Source: Pristiophorus japonicus | Taxonomy: Eukaryota | Reading direction: 5' to 3' | Length of the DNA: 64,000 nucleotides | NCBI RefSeq assembly: GCF_044704955.1 | Contig: NC_091979.1 | Span: forward strand, 200,446,001 to 200,510,000 | In this document: piece after piece, positions 36,748-47,807 of the stretch | Numbering within the stretch: the first letter of the stretch is position 1 | How the letters are laid out: the number at the start of each line of letters is the position of its first letter | Position numbers and translations under genes: made by a program | Notes under the pieces: generated by a model | Told to the model about the DNA's origin: nothing | The model's input: only the letters and a program-made list of their open reading frames with translations | The model's database searches: none

Positions 36748-38980
36748 TTTTATTCATTCATGGGATGTGAGGAAGGCCAGCATTTATTGCCCATTCTTAA
36801 TTGTCCTTGAGAAAAGGTGGTGGTGAGCTACCATTGCTGTGGGTCTGGAGTCATCAAGGACACCGAGGCAGTCAGGGCCCGCTGGAAGGAGCACTTCGAA
36901 GATCTCCTCAATCGAGACTCTGCCTTTGACTCGAGTGTCCTCGACTCCATTCCGCAGCATGCTGCCCGCCACCACCTCAGTAAGGCCCCAACACTGCACG
37001 AGGCAGCTTAAAAAAAAAAAACCAAGACTATGGGAGCGGATGGAATCCCTGTTGAGGCACTGAAGTTTGGCGGAGAGGCACTGTTGGCGCGAATGCATGA
37101 CCACCTCTCTCTCATCTGGAGGGAGGAGAGCATGCCGGGAGATCTTGGAGTTATAGTGATTGTGACCATCTTTAAAAAAGGGGACAAGTCCACTGTGGCA
37201 CCTACAGAGGAATCTCCCTGCTATCAGCCACTGGGGAAGTTGTTGCTAGAGTCCTCCTCAACCATCTTCTCCCTGTGGCCGAGGAGCTCCACCCGGAGTC
37301 ACGGTGCGGATTTCGTCCCCTACGGGGAACAACGGACATGATTTTTGCAACGCGACCAGCTGCAGGAAAAATTCAGAAAACAGCGCTAGCCCTTATACAT
37401 GGCTGCCTTCGACCTTACAAACGCCTTTGACACTGTCAACTGCGAGGGTCTATGGAGCATCCTCCTCTGTTTTGGATGCCCTCTAAAAGTATGTCACCAT
37501 CCTCTGTCTGCTCCTCGATGACAAGCAGGCCGTGATCCTTACCAACGGATCCATTACAGACCCAATTCACGTCCGGACCGGGGTTGAGCAGGGCTGCGTC
37601 ATCGCCCCAAGCCTCAATCTTCCTCGCTGTCATGCTCCAGCTCCCCACTGGAGTGGAACTAAACTACAGATCCAGTGGGAGCCTGTTCAACCTTCGCCAT
37701 CTCCAGGCCAGGTCCAAGACCACACCAATCTCTCGTCGAACTACAGTACAGGGACGACGCCTGCGTCTGAGAACATAGAGGCTGAACTCAAGGACATAGT
37801 CGACGAATTTACTGAGGCGTACGAAAGCATAGGTCTTACGCTAAACATCAGTAAGACAAAGGTCCTCCACCAGCCTGTCCTCGCCGCACAGCACTTGCCC
37901 CCCCCCCTCCCCCAGTGGAGATTCACACGCAGCCCTGGACAATGTGGATCACTTCCCTTAGCTCGGGAGCCTCCTATCAACAAGAGCAGTTATTGATGAG
38001 ATCCAACACCGCCTCCAGTGTCCCAGTGCAGCCTTTGGCTGCCTGAGCGAGAGTGTTTGAAGACCAGGCCCTCAAAACTGTCACTAAGCTCATGGTCTGC
38101 AGGGCTGTAGTAATACCCGCCCTCCTGTATTGTTCAAACATGGACCATGTACAGTAAACACCAAGTTACTGGAGAAATACTAATGATGTCTGCGCAAGAT
38201 CCTACAAATCCCCTGGGAGGACAGATGCACTAATGTTGGCGTCCTCGACCAGGCCAACATCCCCAACATTGAAGCACTGACCACACTTGATCGGCTGCGC
38301 TCGGCAGGCCACATAATTCGAATGCCAGAAACAAGACTCCCAAAGCAAGCGCTGTACTCTGAACTCCTTCACAGCAAACGAGCCAAAGGTGGGCAGAGGA
38401 AACATTACAAGGACACCTTCAAAGCCTCCTTAATAAAGTGCAACATCCCCACTGACATCTGGGAGTCCCTGGCCAAAGACGGCCCTAAGTTGAGGAAGTG
38501 CATCCGGGAGGGCGCTGAGCCCCTAGAGTCTCGTCGCCGAGAGCATGCAGAAATCAAGCACAGGCAGCGGAAAGAGCGTGCGGCAAACCAGTCCACCCAC
38601 CCTTCCCTCAAACTATCTGTCCCATCTGTGACAGAGACTGAGGTGGCTGTACAGTCCAATACGGGAACCAAAGAACTCATGCTAAGAGTGGAAGTAAGTC
38701 TTCCTCGACTCCGAGGGACTGCCGATGATGATGGATCTGGAATCACACAAAGGCCAGACCGGGTAAGGGACAGTACCCTAAAGGACATTAGTGAATCGGA
38801 TGGGTTTTTACAGCAATCTGGTATGTGGTCACCATTACTGATGCTGGCTTTTTATTCACTATTTATTTAATTAACTGAATTTAAATTCCCCAGCTGCCGT
38901 TGTGGGATTTGAATGTGTTTTCAGATCATTAAGGTCTCCGGATTACTAATCCCGTAACATAATCACTATGCTACCGTATC
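36748..38980 (-). mobile_element. tRNA-headed SINE (LINE-derived tail at 36748-36830) interrupted by an RTE insertion
   Basis: Minus-strand head GGTAGCATAGTG...ATTCAAATCCC (A/B-box-like); the tail matches the LINE 3' ends at 44925 and 62550. Confidence 0.7.
36854..38732 (+). mobile_element. RTE-clade LINE, 5'-truncated
   Basis: RWKEHFEDLLN, GADGIPVEALK, GVEQGCVIAP and RLPKQALYSEL motifs; (GAT)n tail; approximate 13-bp TSD gggtctggagtca / ggatctggaatca. Confidence 0.9.
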
Positions 38981-39059
38981 CATAGTTGCAGTAATTTTAA
39001 AAAATCTTTCTAGATATGCTTTCAATTTTGATCACACTGTTACCATTCATTCGGTCTAC

Positions 39060-39590
39060 TTTATATATCACTGGTTAGGCCTCCGCTAGAATATTGTGTC
39101 CAATTCTGGACGCCACACTTTAGGAAGTGTGTCAAGGCCTTGAGGGTGCAGAGATTTAATAGAATGTACAAGCAGTGAGGGACTGTGGAGAGACTAGACA
39201 ACCTGGGATTGTTTTCTTTGGAGTAGAGAAGGTTAAGGGGAGATTTAATAGCGGTGTTCAAAATTATTTTGATAGTTTCTCCTTACTTATTCTGTTTCCA
39301 CTGGCAGGAGGGTTGGTAAACAGAGAACACAAATTTAAGGTGACTGACAAAAGAACCAGCGGGAAGATGAGACATGTTTGTTGCAGCACATTATGATGTG
39401 GAATACATGGCCTGAAAGGGTGGTGGAAACAGATTCAGTAGTAACTTTCAAAAGGGAATTGGTTAAGTACTTGAAAAGGAAAAATTTGCAGGGCTCTGAG
39501 GAAAAAGCAGGAGAGTGAAATTAATTGATGCCTCTTTCAAAGAGCTGGCAAAGGCATGATGGGCCTAATGGTCCCTTCTGTGCTGTATGA
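39060..39590 (+). mobile_element. Old CR1 3' fragment
   Basis: ctggttaggcctccgctagaatattgtgtccaattctgg (VRPxLEYCVQFW) and a CR1 3' end. Confidence 0.7.
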
Positions 39591-39879
39591 GTGGAAAATG
39601 GCTAGAATGTTGTGATTGCGAACATTCTCTGTCTATTGTGTGGTGTGGGTTTAGAATGTTTATGCTGTGAACATTCTCCATCTATTATGCAATGTGGGTT
39701 TGGAATGCCTATACGGAGACAAAATTTCAAAAGAAGGTGCCTACAATTTAGAATATGCTGTAATTTCAATAAATTATGAAAAAATAGGAAAAAAATTGAT
39801 AAGGCACTGATGTGCTAACCCAGCCTTGATATATAAACGAATGAGGCTGACCATCACTCCAACTGACAAAGGTAAAAAG

Positions 39880-40290
39880 TCCAGTTCACCCATCATTTCC
39901 CCCTCACCCCAGATGCTCGCCGATGTACATTGGCTCCCGGTCCAGCAGTGCCTCAAAATTAAAATTCTCATCCTTGTGTTCAGATCCCTCCATGGCTTCG
40001 CTGCCTCCTATCTAACATCTTCCAGCCCTACAACCCTACGAGATCTCCGCACTTCTCCAGTTCTGGCCATGCTTCAGCCGTCTAGGCCCCAAGTTCTGGA
40101 ATTCCCTCCCTATACCTCTTTTTCTACTTCTCTCCTCCTTTAAGACGCTCCTTAAAAAGTACCTCTTTGGCCAAGTCTGTCCAACTGTCTCCTTATGTGG
40201 CTTGATGTGTAATTCTGTCTGAAAATGCTCCTGTGAAGTGCTTTGGAACGTTTTACCATGTTAAAGGTGCTATATAAATGCAAGTTTCTG
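39880..40290 (+). mobile_element. L2 3' fragment
   Basis: HWLPV...KILIL motif; aaaggtgctatataaatgcaag tail. Confidence 0.75.
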
Positions 40291-40629
40291 ATTTTGAGCA
40301 AGATGCTCCCTTGCATAGCTATTGGTCAAACAGTTGAGCATTTGATTTGGATTTTAATCCAGGTTTGTTTTCAGGGAGCACAGGGGCAATGGAGGCACTG
40401 CAGTAAAATTCAATTATCACTGGCCTGGGTGGATGAATTTAGTCTAGTTCCTGTCCTGAATGCTGTACAGTGATCCTGCTGTTCGTGTTCTTGTGTGTTA
40501 GCTGAGGACAGGAGTGGGTTCTTCTGGATAGCTGGATGGCTTTCACCATTGAATAACCTGTTTATTTGTTGTTCATGCCCATACTTGAAGAATGGCTGGC
40601 TGAGGTGAGGACCAACAGACAAATCCATC

Positions 40630-41060
40630 AAACATAAGAAATTGGAGAAGGAGTCGGCCAATCTGGCACCTTGATCCTGCTCCGACATTTAATAAGATTA
40701 TGCTGATCTGATCATGGACTCAGCTCCACTTCCCTGCTCGCTCCCCATAACCCTTTATTCCCTTTATCGCTCAAAAATCTATCTCTGCTTTAAATATATT
40801 CAATGACCCAGCCTCCACAGCTCTCTGTGGAGGTTGGGTCATTGAATATATTTAAAGCAGAGATTTACAACCCTCTGAGAAGAAATTCCTCCATCTCAGT
40901 TTTAAATGGATAGCCCCTTATTCTGAGACTATGTCCCCTAGTTTTAGTTTACCTTATGAGTGGAAATATCCTTTCTGCTTTCGCCTTGTCGAGCCCCCTC
41001 ATTATTTGTTTCAATAAGATCACCTCTCATTCTTAACACCAATGTGTATAGACTCAACCT
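40630..41060 (-). mobile_element. CR1 3' fragment containing a 40-bp inverted duplication
   Basis: cataagaa terminus; palindrome at 40781-40864. Confidence 0.75.
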
Positions 41061-42269
41061 ATCTTCATAAGTCAATAATACAGCTTCGGGCGACTGATCA
41101 TTCGATATCCTGTGTAGTGGTCTTGTGGTCTGTTTTATGGATTGGTCCGATTACTCTGCAGAACTGTGTCCTTGATCTTAGTAAAAAGGCTTGTTTTATG
41201 CCCTTGCTGGTAAAAACATGCTTTTCAGTAACTTTCCATTTTCTCTCCCATGCTACAGCTTCTGATATTTACAACTGCTCAGACTTTCAAGGCCTTGCAG
41301 CTGTCTTATCTTTAACCTTCTAGACAGTCTGCTGTATAAGGTTTTTTGAATGTGGTCAACCCAGCATAGAATCATAGAAATTTACAGCTCAGAAGAAGGC
41401 CATTTGGTCCATTGTGTCTGCTGGCCAAAAAAGATCCATCCACTTTCCAGCTCTTGGTCCACAGCCCTGTTGGTGGCCCTTCAAGTGCACATCCAAATAC
41501 TTTATAAATGCGATGAGGGTTTCTGCCTCTACCACCCTTTCAGGCAGTGAGTTCCTGAGTTCCAGACCCCCACCACCCTCTGGGTTAAAAAAAGTTGTCC
41601 TCAACTCTCCTTTTAATCCTTCTACCAATTACTTTAAATCTAAGCCTGCTGGATATTGACCTTGCTGCTAGGGGAAATGGGTCCTTCCTATCCCCACGAT
41701 CTGTTTAGTAAGATAAAGGACACACGCTCCCTTGAACAGTCAGTTTAACAGTTCCTTTAACCAAATTCAGCTCCAGGGCTCTAATCAGTCCTTTAGTTTC
41801 CTTAAAACTGATGTTGAAGGGTCCAAAAATAATTCACTGTAGATGGAATAAAAATAAATAAATTGTACGTGCACGGGAACCGGTAAAGTTCAGGTCACCT
41901 GGTCTATCAGTCGTAGCCCTCGTTCCCTTCCATGGGCACATTTCTCAGTTTTGCTCTCTGCTTCCCCACTGCAACGAGGGTAGGACGTCACGAGTTGTGG
42001 ATGCGTGAGTTTGCATATCTCGGTTTTAACTGATGAACAGGAGCTGCCATTGGTGCTAATATAATTTATGCTAAGTTCATTTTATCTTAAATTCTGTTTT
42101 AGATCCTGTGGCATAATTCCTTTGTGGCATCTGTTGGGTGATGTGATGGCAGCATATATATCACCTTTCACAACCTCACCATGTCCCAAACCACTTTACA
42201 GCCAATTACTTCTGTAGTGTAATTAAATACATAATATTTCATTTTTTTTCTCTTGGTAATTGATCAACT

Positions 42270-44570
42270 GTTTGAGGGTGACAAATAAAGGGCAGATGTA
42301 GCAAGCCCAACATGGGAGGGGGTGGTTCTGGATTTAATTTTAGGGAATGAAGCTGGGCAGGTTGAAGGGGTATCAGTGGGATAGCATTTAGGTGCTAGTG
42401 ACCATAATTCAGTTAGATTTAAGGTAGTTATGGAAAAGAACAAGGATAGACCAGGAATAAAAGTTCTAAATTGGGGAAAAGCCAACTTTGCTAAGCTGAG
42501 GTGATTTAGCCATAGTGGACTGGAAACAACTACTTGAATGTAAATCGATGTCAGAGCAGTGGGAGGCATTCAAGGAGGAGATCCGAAGGGTTCAGATCAA
42601 ATATGTGCCCTTAAAGAAAAAGGGTGGGACTAATAAATCTCTAGCCCCTGGATGTCGAGGGACATACAGGGTAGGATAAAGGGAAACTTATGACTGATAC
42701 CGAGGGCTAAATACTGCAGAATATCTGGAGGAGTATAAAAAGCCAAGGGGTGAAATTAAAAAAGCTATTAGGAAAGCAAAGAGAGAGCATGGAACATTCT
42801 TGCCAAGTAAAATCAAGGAAAACCCAAAGATGTTTCATAAATATATTCAGAGCAAGAGGATAACTAAAAGGGTAGGACCTATTGGGGACCATAAAAGTAA
42901 CTTGTGTGGAGGCAGAAGATGTGGGTATGGTTCTTAATGAATACTTTGCATCTGTTTTCACAAAAGAAAGGGGTGATGCAGACACTGCTGTCGAGGAAGA
43001 GGAATATGAAATATTAGATGAAATAAACAGTGAGGAGGTATTAAGGGGTTTAGCAGCTTTGAAAATGGATATGTCCCCAATCCCAGATGAAACGTATCTC
43101 AGGCTATTAAGTGAAGCAAAAGAGGAAATCGCAGAGGCTTTGACCATTTTCCAATCTTCTCTGGCTTCAGGTGTGGTGCCAGAGGACTGCAAATGTGGTA
43201 CCTTTGTTTAAGAAGGGAGAAAGGGATTGACCGAGTAATTAGAGCAGTCAACCTAACCTCAGTGGTGGGAAAATTATTGGAAAAAACCCTGAAAGATAGG
43301 ATAAATCTTCATTTAGAAAGACACTGACAGTCAGCACGGATTTGTTAAGGGAAGGTTGTGTCTGACTGACCTGGTTAAATTTTTCGAGGAGGTAACCATA
43401 ATGGTTGATGAGGGCAGTGCATATGATGTAGTGTATATGGATTTTAGCAATGCATTTGATAAGGTCCCACATGGCAGACTGGTGAAAAGTAAAAGCCCAT
43501 GGGATCAGGGCAAAGTGGCAAGTTGGATCCAAAATTGGCTGAGGTAGGAAACAAAGGGTAATGGTTGATGGGTCTTTTTGTGACTGGAAGGATGTTTCCA
43601 TTGGGGTTCTGCAGGGCTCAGGACTGGGTCCCTTGCTTTTTGTGCTATACATCAATGATCTAGACTTGAATATAGGGGGTACGATTAAGATACTAAAATT
43701 GGCTGTGTGGATGAAGAAAGCCGCGGACTGCAGGAAGATATCAATCAATTGGTCAGGTGAGCAGAACAATGACAAATGGAATTTAATCTGGAGAAGTGTG
43801 AGGTAATGCATTTGGGGAGGGCTAACCAGGAAAGGGAATACACATTAAATGGCAGGACAGAGGTGTAGAGGAACAAAAGGACCTTGGAGTGCATGTCCAT
43901 AGCACCCTGAAGGTAGCAGGGCCGGTAGATAAGGTGGTTAAGAAGGCATACGGAATGGTTGCCTTTATTAGCTGAGGCATAGAATATAAGAGCAGGTGAG
44001 TCATGCTTGAACTGTATAAAACAATGGTTAGGCCACAGCTGGAGTACTGTGTGCAGTTCTGATCACCACATTACAGGAAGGACTTGATTGCACTAGAAGG
44101 TACAGAGGAGATTTACGAGGATGTTGCCAGGAATGGAGAATCTTAGCGATGAGGACAGATTGGATAGGCTGGGTTTGTTTTTCTTGGAACAGAAAAGGCT
44201 GAGGGGAGACCTCATTGAGGTGTATAAAATTGAAGGGCCTAGATATAGTAGATAGAAAGGGCCTATTTCCCTTTGGCAGAGGGGTCAACAACCAGGGGGC
44301 ATAAATTTAAAGTAATTGGTAGAAGGTTTTGAGGGGAAATTTCTTGTGAAAGGGTTGTGGTGGGTCTGGAACTCACTGCCTGAAAGGGTGGTAGAGGCAG
44401 AAACCCTCACCATATTTAAAAAGTAATTGGATGGACACTTGATGCCCTGTAACCTGCAGGGTTACGGACCTAGAGCTTGAAAGTGGGATTAGACTGGATA
44501 GCCTCTTGGCTGGCATGAACACGATGGGCTGAAATGGCCTCCTGTGCTGTAAACTTCTATGACTATGATT
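42270..44570 (+). mobile_element. CR1 LINE (second subfamily), degenerate
   Basis: LNEYFASVFTKE, YMDFSNAFDKVPH and LFVLYINDL motifs; ctatgactatgatt tail. Confidence 0.88.
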
Positions 44571-44919
44571 CTGTCGCTGAGATTCTGATTTGTAGTTGAA
44601 AAAGGACATTCTTGCATCAGAAATTGTACTCCTCCCGGTCCTCCCACTCCTGAACCCGGGTCTCCTTCCTCCCACTCCGGGTCCTCCCACTCCAGGTACT
44701 CTTCCTAGGTTACCACTTACATATTTTGGTTTATTGATGATAGCACTACATAGAATGTACAGGACAGAAACAGGGCATTCGTCTGTCTATGTTTATGCTC
44801 CACACTAGCCTCCTCCTTCATCTAACCCTATCAGCAATTCCTACTATTCTTTACTTATGTACTTATCTAGTTTCCCCTTAAATGCATCTATGCTCTTTGC
44901 ACCAGACACTCCATGTTGT

Positions 44920-47807
44920 TTTTTAATATTCGTTCATGGAATGTGGGTGTGGCTGTGATGATCAGCATTTATTGCCCACCACCGTCTCAAAGACAATAAG
45001 GATGGTGAGCTGCTGCCTTGAACCACTGGAATCAGTGTGTGAAGGCACTCCCACAATGCTGTTAGTGAGCGAGGTCCAGGATTTTGACCCAGCGACGATG
45101 AAGGGAGATATATTTCCAAGTCAGGATGGTGTGTTACTTGGAGGGAAAGTTGCATAATGGTGCTCCCATGTAGCTGCTGCCGTTGTCCTTCTAGGTGGTA
45201 GAGGTCACGGGTTTGGGAGTTGCTGCCGAAGAAACCTTGGCAAATTGCTGCAGTGTGTCTCGTGGCAGCCACGGTGTGCTGATGTTGGAGGGAGTGAATG
45301 TTTAAGGTGGGGTGCCAAATCAAGCAGGCTGCTTTGCCCTGGATGGTGTCAAGCTTCTTGAGTAGTGTTGGAGCTGCACTCATCCAGGCAAGTGGAGAAT
45401 ATTCCATCACAGTCCTGACTTGCGCCTTGTAGATGGTGGAAAGGCTTTGGGGAGTAAGGAGGTGAGACCTAATCTTGCAGCTACAATATTTCTGTGGCTG
45501 CTCCAGTTAAGTTTCTGGTCAGTGGTTACCCACGGGGTTTGAATGTTGGGGGATTTAGCGGTGGTAATGTCGTTGAATGTCAAGAGGCAGTGGTTAGAGT
45601 CTCGCTTGTTGGAGATAGTCATTGCCTGTTACTTGTGTGGTGCGACTGTTACTTGCCAGTTTTCAGGCAAAGCTTGAATGTCATCCAAGTCTTTTTGCAT
45701 GTCACCATGGACTGCTTCATTATCTGAAGAGTTGCAAATGGAACTGCACTTTGCAATCATCAGCGAACATCGACACTTCTGACCTTATGGAGGGAATGTC
45801 ATTGATGAAACAGCTGAAGATAGTTGGGCTTAGGACACTGCCCTGAGGAACTCCTGCAGTGATGTCCTGGGGCTGAGATGATTGACCTCCAACAACCACA
45901 ACCATCTTCCTTTATGACTCCAGCCAGTGGAGAGTTTTCCTATTGACCAGTTTTACTCGGGCTCGTTGATGCTACACTCGGTCAAATGCTGCCTTGATGT
46001 CAAGGGCAGTCGCTCTCACCTCACCTCTGGAATTCAACTCTCTTGTCCATGTTTGGATCAAAGCTGTAATGAGGTCTAGAGCTGAGTGGTCCTGGTAGAA
46101 CTCAAACTGAGCATCGACAAGGTTGTTGTAAGTGCCGCTTGATAGCATGGTCGACAACATCTTCCATCACTTTGCTGCTGATTTGAGAGCAGACTGATGG
46201 GGCGGTAATTGACCGGATTGGATTTGTCCTGCTTTTTGTGGACAGGACATATCTGGGCAGTTTTCCACATTGTCAGGTTGTAGGGGTTGTACTGGCTAGA
46301 GGCGCGACTAGTTCTGGAGCACAAGTCTTCAGCATGACAGCCAGGATGTTATTGGAGCCCATAGCCTTTGCTATATCCAGTGCACTCAACTGTTTCTTTA
46401 TCACATGGAATGAATCGGATTGGCTTCTGTGATGGTGGGAACCTCAGGAGGAGGCTAAGATGGTTCATCCACTCAGCACTTCTGGCTGAAGATGGCTGCA
46501 AATGCTTAAGCCTTGTCTTTTGCACTCGTGTGCTGGGCTCCACCATTGTTGAAGATGGGGATATTTGTGGAGCCGCCTCCTGTTGTTTAATTGTCCACCA
46601 CCATTCACGACTGGATGGGGTAGGACTGCAGAGCTTTTATCTGATCCGTCTATCCATGGATTGCTTAGCTCCGGCTATAGCATGCTGCTTCCACCATTTT
46701 AGCAAGCATTGTTAGTCCTGTGTTGCAGCTTCCCCAGGTTGGTACCTCATTTTTAGGTACACCTGGTGCACTTCCACACTCCTCACTGAATCAGGGTTGG
46801 TCCCCTGAATTGGTGGTAATAGTGAAGGATATGCCAGGCCATGAGGTTGCTGATTGTGGTGGAATACAATTCTGCTGTTGATGGCCCATAGCGCCTCATG
46901 GATGCCCAGTTTTGAGCTGCTAGATCTGTTTTGAAACTATCCTAGTTAGCACTGTGGTAGTGCCATACAACACAGTGGAGGGTGTCCTCAGTGTAAAGAC
47001 AGGACTTCGTCGCCACAATGACTGCGGTGGTCACTGCTACCAGTGCTGTTATGGATAGTTGCATCTGCGACAAGTAGATTGGTGAGGATGAAGTAAAGTG
47101 TGTTTTTCCTCATGTTGGTTCTCTCTCCACCTACTGCAGGCCCAGTCTGGCAGCTATGTCTTTCAGGATTCTGTCAGCAGTGGTGCTACCAAGTCCCACT
47201 TAGTGTTTGGCATTGAAGCCCCCCACACAGAGTGCATTCTGTGCCTTTGCTACCATCAGTGCTTCTGCCAAGTGGTCAACGTGGAGGAGTTCTAATTCAT
47301 CAGCTGAGGGAGGGTGGTAGGTGGTAATCAGCAGGAGCTTTCCTTGCCCATGCTTGACCTGAAGTCATGAGACTTCATGGGGTCAGGAGTCAATGTTGTG
47401 GACACCCAGGGCCACTCCCTCCTTTGCGACTGTATACCATGGTGACCTGAGGAGTCTGAGACGTTGGTTGAAATGTATGATTCTGTTAGTATGATTGTCA
47501 GGCTGTTGCATGACTAGTCCATGGAACAGCTCCCCCAATTTTGACAAGTCGCCATGTTAGTAGAGTTGAGTGGGCTGGGCGTGCTGTTTTCGTGTCTGAA
47601 GCAGGGTGGTCCGTCTGGTTTTATTTTTATTTGTTAGAACTGAGTGGCTTGGGGCATTTCAGAGGACAGTTAAGAGTCAACTACATTGCTGTGGGTCACA
47701 TATAGGCCAGACCAGGTAAAGACAGCAGATTTCCTTTCCTGAAGGACATCAGTGAACCAACTATGTTTTTCTGACACAAATAGTTTCATGGTCACTATTG
47801 CTGATAC
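44920..47807 (-). mobile_element. CR1/L2-group LINE with EN-RT ORF2 and no visible ORF1; 5' UTR continues at 55319-55356
   Basis: Endonuclease start near 47560; [35 protein letters not shown] and MEYSPLAW motifs. Confidence 0.85.
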
